A stretch of DNA of 64,000 bases from Patescibacteria group bacterium. Lineage in GTDB: Bacteria > Patescibacteriota > Minisyncoccia > Phycocordibacterales > PALSA-1337. A model generated the notes under the pieces. The model saw only the letters and a program-made list of their open reading frames with translations. It was not told where the DNA came from and did not search any database. The stretch lies in contig JBBTRB010000006.1 of NCBI GenBank assembly GCA_038065395.1, positions 19,493 to 83,492 on the forward strand, read 5' to 3'. Shown here in pieces: positions 62,725 to 64,000 of the stretch; position 1 is the stretch's first letter, and every line of letters begins with the position of its first letter. Made by a program: the position numbers and the translations under genes.

Positions 62725-64000
62725 TTACAACCCCTGTAACTGATCGATCATAGTACGCTGAATAGTATCCGCACGTATCACCACCTCGTTGCCATAGAAT
62801 GAGTTGGCAGGAGTTTTGTTGTCACAAATGCGACCAGAATAGTACCTACAGGCGGCATTACGTTCACTACTGTATGTCTGGCCACTGGCACCAAGGTCTC
62901 CGAGGTACATAGCAGATGCCATGAAGGCATGTTGTGGATTCCACGGATCTGGACTACTGATACCGAGTGCCGACGCAATACGAGCTTCGAAGAGTACCCA
63001 AGTCGTCGGGATAAACTGCGCAGGACCCATCGCCCCTCCCCAACCAGCACCCCATGGACATGAGAGCGGCAAACCTTCGGTACTACCTCCCAGATTGGCT
63101 ACAATGCGCTTGAAAACAGTCTGGTCATCTCGACGAGAGAGACCGGCTTGTTTGTCTGCGGGACCTGGCATAATACGTGTCCAGTGTTTCTCGATCGGAT
63201 CTCCTACCCTGTTACAGGTACCCACATTGGCACCGAGGTTGGACTCTTGTTGTATGACTGCCAAGATGAAGGCTGGTCGCACGCCAGTCTTTTGTGATGC
63301 AGAGACGGCATATCGATACGCATCACCGAATGGTATCGGATCAGAACCTCTCAACGGGAAGAGAGTGGCACGGATCTGAGTTGCACGAGCACGTTTTGCG
63401 GCCAGATCGGTGGCGTATGCTTGCTCACTCATCTTACTCAATGACAAGAGGCGCTTCTTCTCTTTCTCATCAACTTCGATATTCTTTTGTTCTTGTTGGA
63501 TGATATAGCGCGCATCTATCTCGGTATTGCGGCGCTTGTCGAGAGTGTCACGTTCTGCCGAGGTTTCTGCTTTGTCTGTACGAAGTTGTTCGAAGGTATC
63601 TTTGAGACCTACCTGAACGGATTCAAAATCATCAATATCCTGCAGGACCCCTGTAATAGTAGTCTGTGCCAAGAGCATCTCTGGCACGGTCAATGAACTC
63701 GTTTCGTTGGTCTTGCGCATCAGAACTGCCAGGGTCTCTTTGCCCTTTTCGATACGTTGTTCGAGAGTCCCTATATGTGCCTCTTTTTGTTTTATATCCT
63801 TGCCCAGAGATTCGATCTTGAGATTCTTTGCACGGATATTGAGCTTGGCGGACTGGATCTTTTGGTCGAGCAGAGTGAGGTCACGTTGCAATGAAGAACT
63901 CTGTGCTTGAGTCTTGGCAAGCTCGGCCTCTACTTTCTTTTGTTCAGCCTCTACCTGGGCCAACTCTCTCTCGAGTGCCTCCTTCTGAGCCGGAGTCAGT
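62725..64000 (-). CDS. Coiled-coil protein with C-terminal lytic-transglycosylase-like domain; 5' end beyond window
   Basis: N-terminal coiled coil. The C-terminal AGWGGAMGPAQFIPTTW..YYSG resembles MltB/SLT-type transglycosylases. The frame stays open to the window end. Confidence 0.6.
   Translation of the reverse strand, partial: LTPAQKEALERELAQVEAEQKKVEAELAKTQAQSSSLQRDLTLLDQKIQSAKLNIRAKNLKIESLGKDIKQKEAHIGTLEQRIEKGKETLAVLMRKTNETSSLTVPEMLLAQTTITGVLQDIDDFESVQVGLKDTFEQLRTDKAETSAERDTLDKRRNTEIDARYIIQQEQKNIEVDEKEKKRLLSLSKMSEQAYATDLAAKRARATQIRATLFPLRGSDPIPFGDAYRYAVSASQKTGVRPAFILAVIQQESNLGANVGTCNRVGDPIEKHWTRIMPGPADKQAGLSRRDDQTVFKRIVANLGGSTEGLPLSCPWGAGWGGAMGPAQFIPTTWVLFEARIASALGISSPDPWNPQHAFMASAMYLGDLGASGQTYSSERNAACRYYSGRICDNKTPANSFYGNEVVIRADTIQRTMIDQLQGL

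Overview
This window is a gene-dense bacterial chromosomal segment with few or no obvious Shine-Dalgarno sites, mostly housekeeping genes, consistent with a small streamlined (possibly CPR-like) genome. The lineage is inferred only from gene content; no taxonomic marker was resolved here.

Recognisable genes:
- Cell division: ftsA (5'-truncated at the window edge) and ftsZ.
- Redox and DNA repair: a TrxB-like thioredoxin reductase (CATCDG active site), uracil-DNA glycosylase, a CTYC glutaredoxin/NrdH-like redoxin.
- Nucleases and RNases: an SNase-type thermonuclease, RNase J, RNase P RNA.
- Transport and envelope: two tandem ABC exporter genes, an MFS transporter, MurJ, an O-antigen-ligase/TPR membrane protein, a family-5 solute-binding protein, secG, a PrsW-like protease, HtpX, LemA, CapA.
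- Translation and chaperones: tsaD, pheS, tsf-rpsB, prfA-rpmE, lepA, Hsp20, groES-groEL.
- Replication and nucleotide metabolism: gyrB, class Ia ribonucleotide reductase nrdA-nrdB.
- Glycolysis: enolase and iPGM.
- Six tRNAs: Ser x3, Glu, Val, Thr.

Most interesting observations:
1. Two copies of a ~135-145 nt tRNA-like element lie immediately downstream of two different tRNA-Ser genes. Each ends with a T-arm/acceptor-3' copy of its own neighbouring tRNA and carries a shared internal sequence. The internal hairpin stems differ between copies by compensatory changes.
2. A third tRNA-Ser whose hand-folded anticodon reads ACU instead of the usual GCU.
3. Two short repeat families: an AT-rich long inverted repeat GATTTAAGAAT...ATTCTTAAATC (x2), and a GTCATYCCC/GGGRATGAC hairpin element that looks like a miniature inverted-repeat transposable element (MITE), in 3-4 copies.
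4. A 17-nt direct repeat that brackets a 1.4-kb cassette of three small genes.

No CRISPR array, restriction-modification system, toxin-antitoxin pair or recognisable defence island was found.
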